Source: Callorhinchus milii (taxonomy: Eukaryota). Taken from it: DNA of 64,000 nt. A program made the position numbers and the translations under genes. The notes below the pieces were generated by a model, which saw nothing but the letters and a program-made list of their open reading frames with translations, was not told the DNA's origin and searched no databases. Shown one piece after another: positions 1 to 10,157 of the stretch (the stretch's first letter is position 1; every line of letters starts with the position of its first letter). The stretch covers positions 64,544,001 through 64,608,000 of the forward strand of contig NW_024704743.1 in NCBI RefSeq assembly GCF_018977255.1, read 5' to 3'.

Positions 1-494
1 CATGGCATTGGAGTGCTGGTTTGAGAGACACAGATTTTCTTTTTCAGTTAAACCAGTATTATGCTAACCAGCACACTAATACCAATACTAATACTAATAC
101 GCTCCATGAACCAGAGATTCAATGACAGCCACCGACCAACACAAAAACATTGCATGGAAGTGCGGGGGGGGGGGGGTTGGGGGAGAATCACACATAGGAT
201 CAACTGTCATTAGCAAATGATTTAAGAATTGCAGAAAAACAGCATTAAAGTTAAAACTCAATTCAACAATTTGCCAAATTATGCACGTTCTACAATGTTA
301 CATTAATGGAGTAAATCTAGACCCAGGTGGAATATTACACCATAAATTCTGTCTTTTACTGTTCATTTTTCTCACTGCTTTGATCATGCTTTAAATCTTT
401 CCCTTCATTACTATTAATTTGAGGTCTGACGCATTTTTCAATATCACATTTTAACAGCATCATTCTCTAAGAGTTCCTTTTAAACCACCTCTAA

Positions 495-647
495 GCAATT
501 TGCCAAGAAGGCCAGGACACTAGATTCATTTAAAAGTTAGCTTGATACTATGATGGGAGGACAGTAGGGAAGGTAACTTCTGGAGGGTTGAGATCATATG
601 GGCCAAAGGGCTTTATTCACCCAAACTAAGTTTGCATGATTTTATGA
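495..647 (+). mobile_element. Old CR1 LINE 3' tail remnant
   Basis: aaggccaggacactagattcatttaaaa...atgggccaaagggc...attcacccaaac resembles the CR1 ends at 61320-61445 and 43400-43505. Confidence 0.6.
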
Positions 648-919
648 AAACATTGACAAGCTCAATGGACCTTTATTTCTCTAAAGATTTTAACTAATTT
701 CTAAAAGGCAGGAATGCTGAGAGTTGCCTAACATTGATAATATTTATTTTGGCATAAGCTTCCAAATTGTCTTCCCTGTTTACACATTTCTTTATCTTAA
801 CTAAGATTAGCAAACACACAAATGTCAGGCCCACCATTGTTAGTTTTTTTTAAAAATCTGTGGGGATGGATAGTGTAGTGGATCAGATATAAATCTTTCA
901 TCTCAACGTTGACCCAGAC

Positions 920-1527
920 AGAACCATAGACAGTTACTGCACAGAAGAAGGTCATTGGTGTTTGTGCCGGGTCTTTTAAAGAGCAAACCCTTCAGTCTAT
1001 TTTACCTTCCCTTACCTCATAGCCCTGTAGTTGACTCCTTTTTTGATATTTTGATATTTGGAGTCCTGTAGCTCAGTGGTTAGAGCACTCGCTTTGCAAG
1101 TGAGAGACCTGAGTTCAATTCCAGGCAGGGCGAAACCTTGGGCAAGTTTCCTTACTCCACACGCCTAATAATAATCCCTCCAAAAAACCAAAACAATAAT
1201 TAAATTGGTCATTTTCAATCTACGACTGTTTGTGGGACATTGCTGTGCGCAATTGGCTGCCGCGTTCGCCCACAAATATACAGTCAATTCACTTTACAGT
1301 GTGTTCTGTGAAGCGCTTTGGGACGTCCTCCTGACGTGAAAAGCGCTATATCAAATGCAAGGATTATTATTATTATTATTATTTTTCTGGTTCCCCTTTA
1401 AAAGCTGCTATGGATTGCGTCTCAACCAGCAGTGCCGGCAGAGCAATCCATATCCTAACTAGTCTGTGAAAAGATTCTCCTAACCTCCCCAATTGCTTGT
1501 GTGCTAACTATTTTAAATGGATGCCCT
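920..1527 (-). mobile_element. CR1 LINE 3' fragment split by a SINE; flanked by ccagac direct repeat
   Basis: Both halves align co-linearly with the CR1 end at 58681-58960; ccagac at 914-919 and 1528-1533. Confidence 0.75.
1060..1383 (+). mobile_element. Young tRNA(Ala)-derived SINE, short subfamily A (SINE2-1_CM-like), full length
   Basis: A box tagctcagtgg, TGC anticodon loop, B box gagttcaattcc, L2-type tail hairpin, (ATT)n end; near-identical copies at 24870, 36036, 54211. Confidence 0.95.
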
Positions 1528-1904
1528 CCAGACTGATGGAATGAAAGATTCTTGTGTCTTTTGGTTATACGTGTCCAACACAAAACAAGCTTGGGCAGTT
1601 TCTATCAGCATCTTAGTAGATTTAATTTTGCATTAATTGGCAATATCACTTAAAGAAGCAAAGTACACCTGATGTAGGAATTGAAAAATTGTTATGCGGG
1701 AGCAGTAGGTGAACTCTTCTGGGGTTGGATTCAGCAGTTTTCTCTGCATTGTAGCTGTGCTGTACCTGATACAAGAGTACTCAAACTGACTCTGGGTCCC
1801 CACATAGGAAAGTGTTCCATTTACGTTGCATATGAAATTCTCACCATGGCGAGCACAAAATTAGCTTAAAATAATTTATATCAGAATTCTTTAGGTAAAC
1901 TTAC

Positions 1905-1998
1905 TGCTTCACAACTACTCAAAGAAATTCTTCCTTAAGAATGAAGTTTTGAAAACCATCCAAATTTTCTGCAATTAATTTTGTAAGATTGTTTTTAC
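1905..1998 (-). other. Candidate coding exon with stop: (G)KNNLTKLIAENLDGFQNFILKEEFL*
   Basis: tttacAG acceptor at 1999-2000, phase-1 open frame to TGA at 1919-1921, GTAAGT donor with GT at 1903-1904; no homology recognised. Confidence 0.25.
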
Positions 1999-2106
1999 CT
2001 GTAAATTAAATTGATAGCTCACAATGCACAGCTATGCCTTCAAATGTCATCATTGTAGTGCTTTTGCAACAGGCTCTTCCCAATTATTGATCCCAGAGCT
2101 CCAAGA

Positions 2107-2316
2107 AGGTGGTGACCAACCTTTTTGGTCATCCAACAAAATACATTTTTTTATTGAATATTTCTTGATTTATGGCCATACCGTAAATATCGCCACTCAG
2201 TGGCTACTGGAAACAAAATACAGACTTGCCTCGTCTAGTGTGAATGTTCAGTGAGCCACTTCTTGATGCACTCATGGGCCACTTTTGGCCCGAGGCCCAT
2301 GGGTTGGCCACCACTG
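2107..2316. mobile_element. hAT/Charlie-type MITE (~210 bp)
   Basis: TIRs aggtggtgaccaacc and ggttggccaccactg; degenerate 8-bp TSD ctccaaga / ctctaaat resembling NTCTAGAN. Confidence 0.6.
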
Positions 2317-2519
2317 CTCTAAATGATGTTTCCAAGGCTGGCAAGTGAACCAAATCCTTTAGAAAATAACAAGAATTATAAAATAATCCAAAGTAATCCA
2401 TCTCCATGACCTACTTAAGTGGAGTGGACAAATCATGGTAGACATATTGAGGATTAAGGCCACAATATTCTTTAGACAATTTACAAGATATTTCCAGCTA
2501 TTATGGGGGGAAAGTCCTT

Positions 2520-2975
2520 ACTTGGCTATGTAGCTTTCAGCTGCCCTGGTCTTTCCCGCTCTACAAATTCGGGTCAATTGCTCCCTCTCCACTACATCTA
2601 TCCCATCACGTGGTTGTGTAGTCCTGTAGCTCAGTGGTTAGAGCACTCATCTCGCAAGCGAGAGACCTGGGTTCGATTCCTGGCAGGGCAAAATGTTGGG
2701 GAAGTTTCCTTTCTCCACATGCCTCTGTTTATCTAGCAGTAAGTAGAAACCCGGTTGCTAGTCGATTGTTGGATTGCTTTACCGAGGGTAATAATTCTTT
2801 AAAAAAAATGATAAATGGGTCACTTCAATCCACGACTGTTTGTGGGACACTGCTGTGCACAATTGGTTGCCATGTTTCGCCAACAAAATATACAATCAAT
2901 TCACTTTACAGTATATTCTGTGAAGCTCTTTGAAATGTCCCGAAGACATGATAAGGCGCTATATCAAATGCAAGG

Positions 2976-3028
<53 letters not shown>

Positions 3029-3240
3029 CATCAGCGGCTGAGCTTCCTGCCACCATGCCCATGATTTCCGGGATTTTTTTCCAAAACCACTTTACCTTGT
3101 TTCCTTTCCTTAATACTTCACCCTCTTAATGACAACTTTTCAGTTTTGGCTTTGATCAAAATCTATTTTTTACTGCTCAGTGCTAAACCTTATGTCTGTC
3201 AAACACTTTCAGGCATTAATTCTACATGAAAGGCAACAAC
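2520..3240 (+). mobile_element. Old L2 3' remnant hosting the SINE at 2616-3028
   Basis: gctttcagctgcc...ttttggctttgatc...aaacactttcaggcat...atgaaaggca resembles decayed L2 3' ends elsewhere in the window. Confidence 0.45.
2616..3028 (+). mobile_element. tRNA-derived SINE, long subfamily B, with long (ATT)n tail
   Basis: A/B boxes, extra segment ctctgtttatctagcagtaagtagaaacccgg, L2-type tail, about 17 ATT units at 2976-3028. Confidence 0.95.
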
Positions 3241-3487
3241 ACAAGGTGACCATAGGTACAGTTGAAGAGCAAAATCTTCTGCTGACAATCTCCTGAAAGC
3301 ATGGAGCAGAGAAGTTGAGGGATGGGAAGAAGGGGTGTCTAACTAACAATAGTTAACAATTCAAGTCTGAAAATGGTGCACAAGAGATGTCGTTCACAGT
3401 CGTGTGATTTATTCATAGCACAACTGGGATCGAACAATGGGAGGTAAGTATTTATTCAGAAGTGTATTACAAGTATAGTGCAGGATT

Positions 3488-3680
3488 GGAGACAGGGAGA
3501 CAGAGCAAGATAGAAATAGAGACTCAGACAGAGAGAGAAATTAATGGAATTAGAGAGGGAGGGAGAGGAGAGATAGAAACAGTCCAAGACACAGGGATAT
3601 AAAGTAAAAGGAATTCAGAAAGATTCAGAGAGAGATAAAGAGAGAAGACTCTGAGATGAAAAGAGAAAAAAAGACTCAGA
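3488..3680 (+). repeat. GA-rich low-complexity tract (decayed (GA)n)
   Basis: Purine-rich run with gagaga and gactcaga motifs. Confidence 0.8.
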
Positions 3681-4098
3681 GTAAGTCCTAGTGGAAATAG
3701 GTTTGGGTTAGTACTGTAGCTAATATGTTTTCCAGGAGATCATGAGATCAAATTGACTCATGGACTGTCTTAATGTAAACCTCTATTTTGATCTTGAGAT
3801 CCGACTTATAACAGATATGATTTATAATAATTCTTAAATTTGATAAAGCACCTTATTACATTGTCACTTCACTATATTTACTGAAACAAATAGAGTTGTT
3901 GGCCAGAACAATTTGTACAGTAATGGAGACAGACTTTTAAAAAATGGCCATTTGGATCAAGATTGCCTCGTTTGCTTTGTCCCATTCTCTTCAGTTGTAT
4001 GTATTACATTAAGTAAAACTTCTTACCAGAAACAACGGCTTTTATCACATTTATTATTAAAGATAATTATATTTTCTTACAAGACAATGAAAAAGATC

Positions 4099-4815
4099 AC
4101 ATTGGCATCCTGTTTGACCCTCGACTATCCTTTCTACCCCACATCTGTGCCATGTCCCACTCTGCATTCCCCCACCTCCACAACATCGTCCACCTCCGCC
4201 ACGGTCTCACACCGCAGGCCACCGAAATCGTCATACATGCTTTCATTACATCAAGGTTTGACCATGCAAACTCATTGCTTGTCGGCCTCCCCAACTCCTC
4301 CCTCCACAGGCTGCAGAGCCCGTATCCTCTACTGCACTAGGCTCCGCTACCCTATCACCCCCATCCTCACCCGACTTCCCATCACACGGAGGATACAGTT
4401 CAAGATCCTGGTCCTCACCTTCAAAGTCCTCCATGGTCGTGCTCCCCCCTACCTCTGCGACCTCCTTATCCCCTACCATCCTGCTCATTCCCTCCGCTCA
4501 GCGGGCTCCGGCCTGCTTCACGGCCCCGTCTCGCTTGCCCCACTATTGGCGGGTGGGCCTTCTGCCAATCTGCCACCACCCTCTGGAATGCCATCCCGCA
4601 GTCCCTCCGCCTCACCCCTCTTTTCCGCCTTCAAGACCCATCTCAAGACCCTCCTCTTCGACCGTGCTTTCGATCTCCCTGCTTCCCCACCTGTCCGCCA
4701 CCCTCCCTGACCCCGATCCCCAGCTCGGGTCCGAAACTCTGTCTGTCCAGCACCTTGGAACGTCCTCCCAATGTGAAAGGCGCTATACAAATGTAATTTT
4801 GTTGTTGTTGGTGGT
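4099..4815 (+). mobile_element. L2 LINE 3' fragment (ORF2 C-terminus and 3' UTR)
   Basis: IHAFITSRFDHANSLLVGLP, RIQFKILVLTFKVLHG, FKTHLKTLLF; tail ggcgctatacaaatg(ttg)n; closely related to 23690-24390. Confidence 0.95.
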
Positions 4816-4989
4816 GACAGTGTACTTATGTTGCAAGTGTATAAAAAGAATGGTCCAAACAAAATTGCTCTACTGATATAACATAAAAGGTGATGGCAAC
4901 CGGCATTAGGAACATATCCTTTGACTGTCTCTTCCATGTGTACCCATAGATCTTGGAGTACTCTATGTTTATTGTCTGAGGTTTGCTTT

Positions 4990-5163
4990 TAAAAATAATT
5001 ATCCATGACAAGCTCTATGGTTTCAGCTGTTTGAACTCCAGCAGTACCCCAAGCCTTGGTTCTCACTAACATGTGCCTAATACTCTTTGGAATTACGTAA
5101 ACAGGGTGTTTTCCTCCAATGAGAGAGTACATATTTCATTCCAGATACAGGGAGATTTCCATG
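4990..5163 (-). repeat. Unclassified interspersed repeat family X, copy 1
   Basis: Reverse complement tggaaatctccctgtatctggaatg...agagtattaggcac...ggtactgctggagtt matches 7515-7715 and 48042-48270. Confidence 0.75.
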
Positions 5164-5284
5164 CATAGGTGACATACATATATGGAACGCTCAGTTTGGT
5201 TTGGATACGCTTAAGTATGTAATGCATTTTCACATGTATCAGACACCAATTTGACAAAGAAAAGGCTAGGCTGACAGGTCAATG

Positions 5285-5390
5285 CACTGTTTGGGGAGTG
5301 CTGCATTGTCAGTGATGCCATCCTTCAGGTGAGATGTTAACCCAATGATCTGTTTGTGTCTTTTCAGATGGAAGTTAAAGTCTGAGTGAA
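5285..5390 (+). mobile_element. DeuSINE-type SINE internal fragment
   Basis: gtgctgcattgtcagtgatgccatccttcaggtgagatgttaa matches 36370-36450. Confidence 0.6.
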
Positions 5391-5618
5391 GCAGGGACAA
5401 CAACGTAGATAAAGGTGAATCAATGTAGGAACATTATAAAAAAAAACCCTGATTACCTGTTTGAAGCTCTTCATCATATTGAATAAATTTCTCAAAATTA
5501 GATTTTGCTCATGTTGGGGATTAACTTACACGATAATGTCTATGGATATCTCCTGGACATATCTTCAACCATGGAAGCTAAACTCCCAACAGGTAAGGCT
5601 GTCCTAGCTGGGTACTTA

Positions 5619-5884
5619 CCATAGAATCATAGAAATTTACGATACAGAAGAAGGCCATTTGGTCCATCAGATTTAAGTGCTCCAGGGCACTACCCTGTGT
5701 AAAGGGCACTGAATAGATGCAAATTGTTGTTGTGGTGTCTATGCTGGCTCTTTTAAAGAGCAATCCTTTCAGTCCCATTTACCAGCCCTTTCCCCATATT
5801 CCTGCAGTTTACTTCATTTCAATATCTATCAAATTCCCTTTTGAAAGCTCATATGAATTCTGCCTCAGTCATCGCCACCGGAAG
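5619..5884 (-). mobile_element. CR1 3' tail carrying a short L2-type tail insertion (about 5670-5733, + strand)
   Basis: catagaatcatagaa terminal repeat, gaaggccatttggtccatc stem. Confidence 0.75.
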
Positions 5885-5970
5885 TGGGATTGAATGGACA
5901 ATTTGCTCCAAGAGTTGGTGCAGACTCGATGGGCTGAAAGACCTCCTTCTGCGCTGTGATTTTACGATTT
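5885..5970 (+). mobile_element. CR1 3' tail
   Basis: gactcgatgggctgaaagacctccttctgcgctgtgattttacgat. Confidence 0.75.
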
Positions 5971-6654
5971 AAAGTTAAGACTGAATTCAACAAGTTACCA
6001 GATTTTGGATACCCTGAACATAAATGGATTACTCAGTTGCTAGGTGATCGTTGCATCCACTCTAACAAAAAGTGGCCTATCCAATAATGAAATAACAACA
6101 ATTTGCATTAATATAGTTCCTTTTGATCAGGACAGTGTCTCGGAATACTGCTTAAAAATGTAACAGCCAATGGCACAAGCCTGGCTGTCTTCTATAAGAG
6201 CAACAAAAGTTTAGCAACACAATTGCATCTATTTCATAGGGGCTGGGTGGATGGATCATTGGAGATTTAATGAAGCATTTAGTTCCACTGCAATAGATAG
6301 AAGCCTGGGTGAACCAACTCATTGCTGCAGTGGCAAATTATCTTGTGCAATTATACCTTCCCCAGCTGACAGATTCGGGAAAAGCTGAAATGGATGCACC
6401 GATTTCCATTTGTAACATGCTAATAGTCTGGCAAAGCAATGGACCAAGAGGCTTTTTATTCTGAATGTTAAAAGGTTTTGGGAGAGCTAATCACATAGAT
6501 TTATGAACCACATCTGACAATCTGAGACCCAAAATATCTCAAGGTCTTCAGCCCTAAAATTTAAGATGCTTAGAATTTTAGAACATTCCTAAATTTAGTC
6601 ATAATTTGGAAGTATCTTTGCCACAGTTACCCAACATAGAAATTAAGACTGAAT

Positions 6655-7003
6655 ATAATACAATGCAATTTACACATATATAGCGCCTTTCGCATCAACA
6701 GAATGTCTCAAAGCCCTTGATGAAACTGGGGGAAAAGCACGGGGAAAGAGGTTCATTTGAGGTGAGCCTTGAAGGAGGAGGAGTGTGCAACTTGGAGTGA
6801 GTTTGTGATGGAGTTCTAGAGAGTGAGGTCAGAATAGGTAAAAGCCCACCTGCTGACAGTGGACCGAATAGGGCGGGGAACGTGAAGCAGCCCAGTGTTC
6901 GCTGAGTGAAGGAAGCGGCCTGGTCTGTGTGTTAAAGGAAGTCACAAAGTCAGGGTGGGGTGAGACTGTGGAGGGATTTGAACATGAGAATGGAAATGTT
7001 GAG
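6655..7003 (-). mobile_element. L2 3' fragment
   Basis: Reverse L2 tail atatagcgcctttc; ILMFKSLHSLTP in the minus frame. Confidence 0.8.
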
Positions 7004-7029
7004 TAGTTTACATGTGTGGAATGGTATCC

Positions 7030-7235
7030 CCCTCCCCATTCTTTGGAACCCCATCCCCAGGTCCCTCTGCCAATGCTCCCTCACTCCCCTCTTCCACCCA
7101 CAAAATACAATCAAAACAAATCTCTTTGCGTCATCTTTCCCCACTTCAACCCCCCCCCCCACCCCACCTCAGTTCATGTGCCAAGTGTTTGGGGCTATCC
7201 CACTGATGTGAAAGGCACTATAAGTGTAACATATA
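7030..7235 (+). mobile_element. L2 3' tail fragment
   Basis: LWNPIPRSL motif; gatgtgaaaggcactataagtgtaa tail. Confidence 0.7.
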
Positions 7236-7514
7236 TTGAATTTCTTCATTGATTGGGATATTGGGCTAGGTAATTGGAAATTTGCTTAGGATCTCTGACC
7301 TACAGATAGCAGGTAACAGAGTGCAAATGGGACGTACTACATGTTTCTTTTCCCTGCATGTGTGGGAGTTTGCAAGGTTATGGCTATGTCCTTGTTTATG
7401 ATACTTTGTATGAGCCTATAAATTGTTATTTTTTTGGTCAGCCGGGGACAGAAACCCATTACCATGCTTAAGAATATCAAAACCGAATAGAGTTCCATGC
7501 TTCCCACCTATACA

Positions 7515-7715
7515 AGAAAATTTCCATGGAATGGAATATGCACTCTCTCACTGGAAGGATGCATCCTTCTTACCTAATTTTAGAGAGTATTAGGCACAGC
7601 CTAGCAAGAGTCAAAGCTTGGAGACCCCATAGTGTGTGCATTGGAGTACTGCTGGAGTCTAACCAGCTCTAAAATTAAGCAATGTAAGTAGGACTTGTTC
7701 AAGTGAAGCTTGTAA
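7515..7715 (+). repeat. Unclassified repeat family X, copy 2
   Basis: ggaatggaatatgcactctctc...cttacctaattttagagagtattaggcacag...gtactgctggagtctaaccagct. Confidence 0.75.
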
Positions 7716-7774
7716 GCAGAAGTAACAATAGGTTTGTTGAGCGTCACAGTTTTAAAAATTACACTATTATATAG

Positions 7775-7953
7775 TAATAATAATCCTTGCATTTGATACA
7801 TCATGTCATTGAGATGTCTCAAAGTGCTTCACAGAATACACTGCAAAGTGAATTGTCTGTGTATTTTGTGTTGGCAAAACGTGGCACCCAATTGCACACA
7901 GCAGTATCTCACAAACAGTTGTGGATTGAGTGACCAAATTATTATTGTTTTTT
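7775..7953 (-). mobile_element. SINE 3' half (internal A-tract to ATT tail), fused to the PPIL1 retrocopy
   Basis: Aligns with the distal half of 1060-1383; no tRNA head on either side. Confidence 0.9.
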
Positions 7954-8282
7954 CAAAACTTATTTATTGTTTGGTTTGAAGTTCTTTTGGGAACAACAGA
8001 GTGCAGCCTCTGTTCAGCTTTGGGGAAAGACTTTCTGGATTTTCACATCGTCCAACAGTTGGTCTCCATCTTTAATTTCCACCATTCTAATGCGATTCAC
8101 TACTCTGATCCCTTGGCAAACATGGCCAAAGATGGTATGCTTTCCATTAAGCCATTGCATACGATCCCAACAAAATAAAGTAACTGGCTGTCATTTGTAT
8201 CTGATTCTGCGTTTGCCATGGCAAGGATCCCTGCACCTGTGAATTTTAGGTCTGCGTGCAGTCCATCTTCAAAGTGCTTCCT
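7954..8282 (-). pseudogene. PPIL1: Processed, 5'-truncated pseudogene of peptidyl-prolyl isomerase-like 1 (cyclophilin PPIL1)
   Basis: Minus strand reads KHFEDGLHADLKFTGAGILAMANAESDTNDSQ, a net +2 nt frameshift, then QWLNGKHTIFGHVCQGIRVVNRIRMVEIKDGDQLLDDVKIQKVFPQS* (stop 8014-8016). This matches the C-terminal half of vertebrate PPIL1 as I recall it. AATAAA at 7963-7968 is followed by an A-run. Confidence 0.9.
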
Positions 8283-8564
8283 GTTATTGTCAGGTCACGC
8301 CACATTCTGTGTATGCAAACTTAGGCCTCACTGATTTTTATAGTCAGAAGTGTCTAGATATGTTTGGTTAGTTGTGCAGTACATTAAATAGATCAAAAGT
8401 GTAGGAATTATTTGAGGTGAGGGCATGAACTTGTGATTCATCCTGAGAAATGTCTCCAACAATAGAACAATTGCTACCAGCTGCTGACAAAAGAAAGTTC
8501 AGCTTTATTTATTGTTTCAGGCTTGTGGGACAAAGATTGGGTGGAGTGAAATAGATGGAACATA

Positions 8565-8705
8565 CTTTGGTGAGTACAATTGTTATTGGATGTAGTAAGA
8601 AGGCCAAGCAGCATAGTGTCTGTCTTGTCAACATTCAATTGAAAAAAATGAGCTCTCACACAGGACTTGATGTTTGACAGGCAAATGATCAGAACAACAG
8701 TGGTC
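8565..8705 (-). mobile_element. L2 RT fragment
   Basis: CLSNIKSCVRAHFFQLNVDKTDTMLLG. Confidence 0.8.
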
Positions 8706-10157
8706 TTAAGAACATAGGACATAGGAGCAGGAGTAAGCCATTCGGCCCCTCAAGCCTGCTCCGCCATTTAATAAGATCATGGCTGATCTTCTAACCTAAT
8801 TCCATTTACCCGCTCTATCCCCATATCCCTTAATCCTTTAGAAATTTATCAAACTCAGTCTTGAATATGTTCAAGGACTGGGCATCCATAGCCTTCTGGG
8901 GTAGAGAATTCCACAAATTCACTACCTTCTGCGTGAAGAAATGTTTCCTTAACTCAGTTCAAAAAGGCTGACCCTTAATCTTGAGATTATGACCCCTAGT
9001 TTTAGATTCTCCAACCAGGGAAAACAGTCTCACGGCATCTACCTGTCAAGACCATTAAGAATCTTATAGGTTTCTATAAGATCACCTCTAATTCTTCTAT
9101 ATTCTAGAGAATATAGGCCTAGTTTACTCAACCTATCCTCATAGGTCAAACCCCTCAACCCAGGAACCAACCTAGTGAATCTATATTGCACCGCCACCAA
9201 GGCGAGTATATCCTTTCTTAAATAAGGAGACCAAAACTGCACACAATATTCTAGGTGCAGTCTCACCAAGGCCTTATACAACTGCAGCAAGACCTCCCTG
9301 CTCTTATACTCTAACCCTTTTGCAACGAACGCCAACATGGCATTAGTCTTCCTAGTTGCTTGCTGTACCTGCATACTAACGTTTTGTGACTGGTGTACAA
9401 GGGCACGCAAAAGCCTCTGAACACTAACACTACCTAGTCTCTCCCCCTCTAGAAAATAATCTACTTTTCTATTTTTTTTACTTAGGTGAACAACTTCACA
9501 CTTCTCCACGTTATACTCCATCTGCCACCTTCTTGGCCACTCACCAAGCCTGTCTATTTCCATTTGCATTTTTCGTGTGTCATCCTCACAGCTTACTCTC
9601 CCACCTATCTTTGTATCGTCCGCGAATTTAGATATGTTAAGTTCTATTTCCTCATCTAAACCATTGATATAGACTGTAAATAATTGAGGCCCAAGCACTG
9701 ATCCTTGTGGCACTTCACTTGTCACATCCTGCAATCTGAGAAGGACCCGTTTATCCCTACTCCTTAGTGGACTCCTGTAGCTCAGTGGAGTGGAGTCCTA
9801 TAGCTTAGTGGTTAGAGCACTCGCTTTGCAAGCAAGAGACCTGGGTTTGATTCCTGGCAGGGTGAAACCTTGGGCAAGTTTTCTCATTCCACACGTCTGA
9901 TAATAATCCCTCAAAAAAAATAATAAATTGGTTATTTTTAATCCATGACTGTTTGTGTGGGACACTGCTGTGCGCAATTGGCTGCCACATTTCACCCACA
10001 AATATACAGTCAATTCACTTTACAGTCTATTCCGTGAAGCGCTTTGAGATGTCTAAAAGATGTGAAAAGCGCTATATCAAATGCAAGGATTATTATTATT
10101 ATTACTCTGTTTTCTTCCTGTTAGCCACTCTCCAATTCATGCTAATATATTACCTTT
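8706..10157 (-). mobile_element. CR1 LINE 3' part (RT domain and 3' UTR), interrupted by SINE 9766-10103
   Basis: ORF 9039-9734 with [29 protein letters not shown]; terminal (cctatgtt)-type repeats; CR1 sequence resumes after 10103. Confidence 0.95.
9766..10103 (+). mobile_element. SINE subfamily A with duplicated 23-bp head; TSD tactc
   Basis: Full A box, B box and tail; tactc at 9758-9762 and 10103-10107. Confidence 0.95.

Larger units (their letters stand above)
862..1768 (+). mobile_element. LF-SINE-like ancient SINE, interrupted by a CR1 fragment and a SINE
   Basis: Degenerate head ggggatggatag...ctttcatctc...cccag, then ttgcattaattggca and ctgcattgtagctgtgctgtacctg, which recall LF-SINE consensus motifs from memory; halves are 862-919 and 1528-1768. 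Confidence 0.5.

Noticed and set aside
1060..1135. tRNA-Ala(TGC) gene
   Set aside because: It continues into a SINE body and ATT tail, has no proper acceptor stem or terminator, and recurs in about nine copies; it is a SINE head
1838..1860. Minus-strand gccATG|gtgag start-codon exon
   Set aside because: The motif is short, with no promoter or acceptor support; compatible with chance
2815..3129. Poly-Leu signal-peptide-like ORF
   Set aside because: It is the translation of the SINE (TTA)n tail
3420..3450. Plus-strand micro-exon ending GAG|gtaagt
   Set aside because: Weak acceptor, 25-nt length and no recognisable peptide
3913..4937. Long overlapping Pro/Ser-rich ORFs (also 23642-24373 and 49726-50610)
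   Set aside because: These are off-frame or antisense readings of C-rich L2 fragments
8014..8282. Functional PPIL1 exon of a resident gene
   Set aside because: It has an internal frameshift, substitutions in the conserved NAGPDTNGSQ motif, and no upstream PPIL1 exons found in the window
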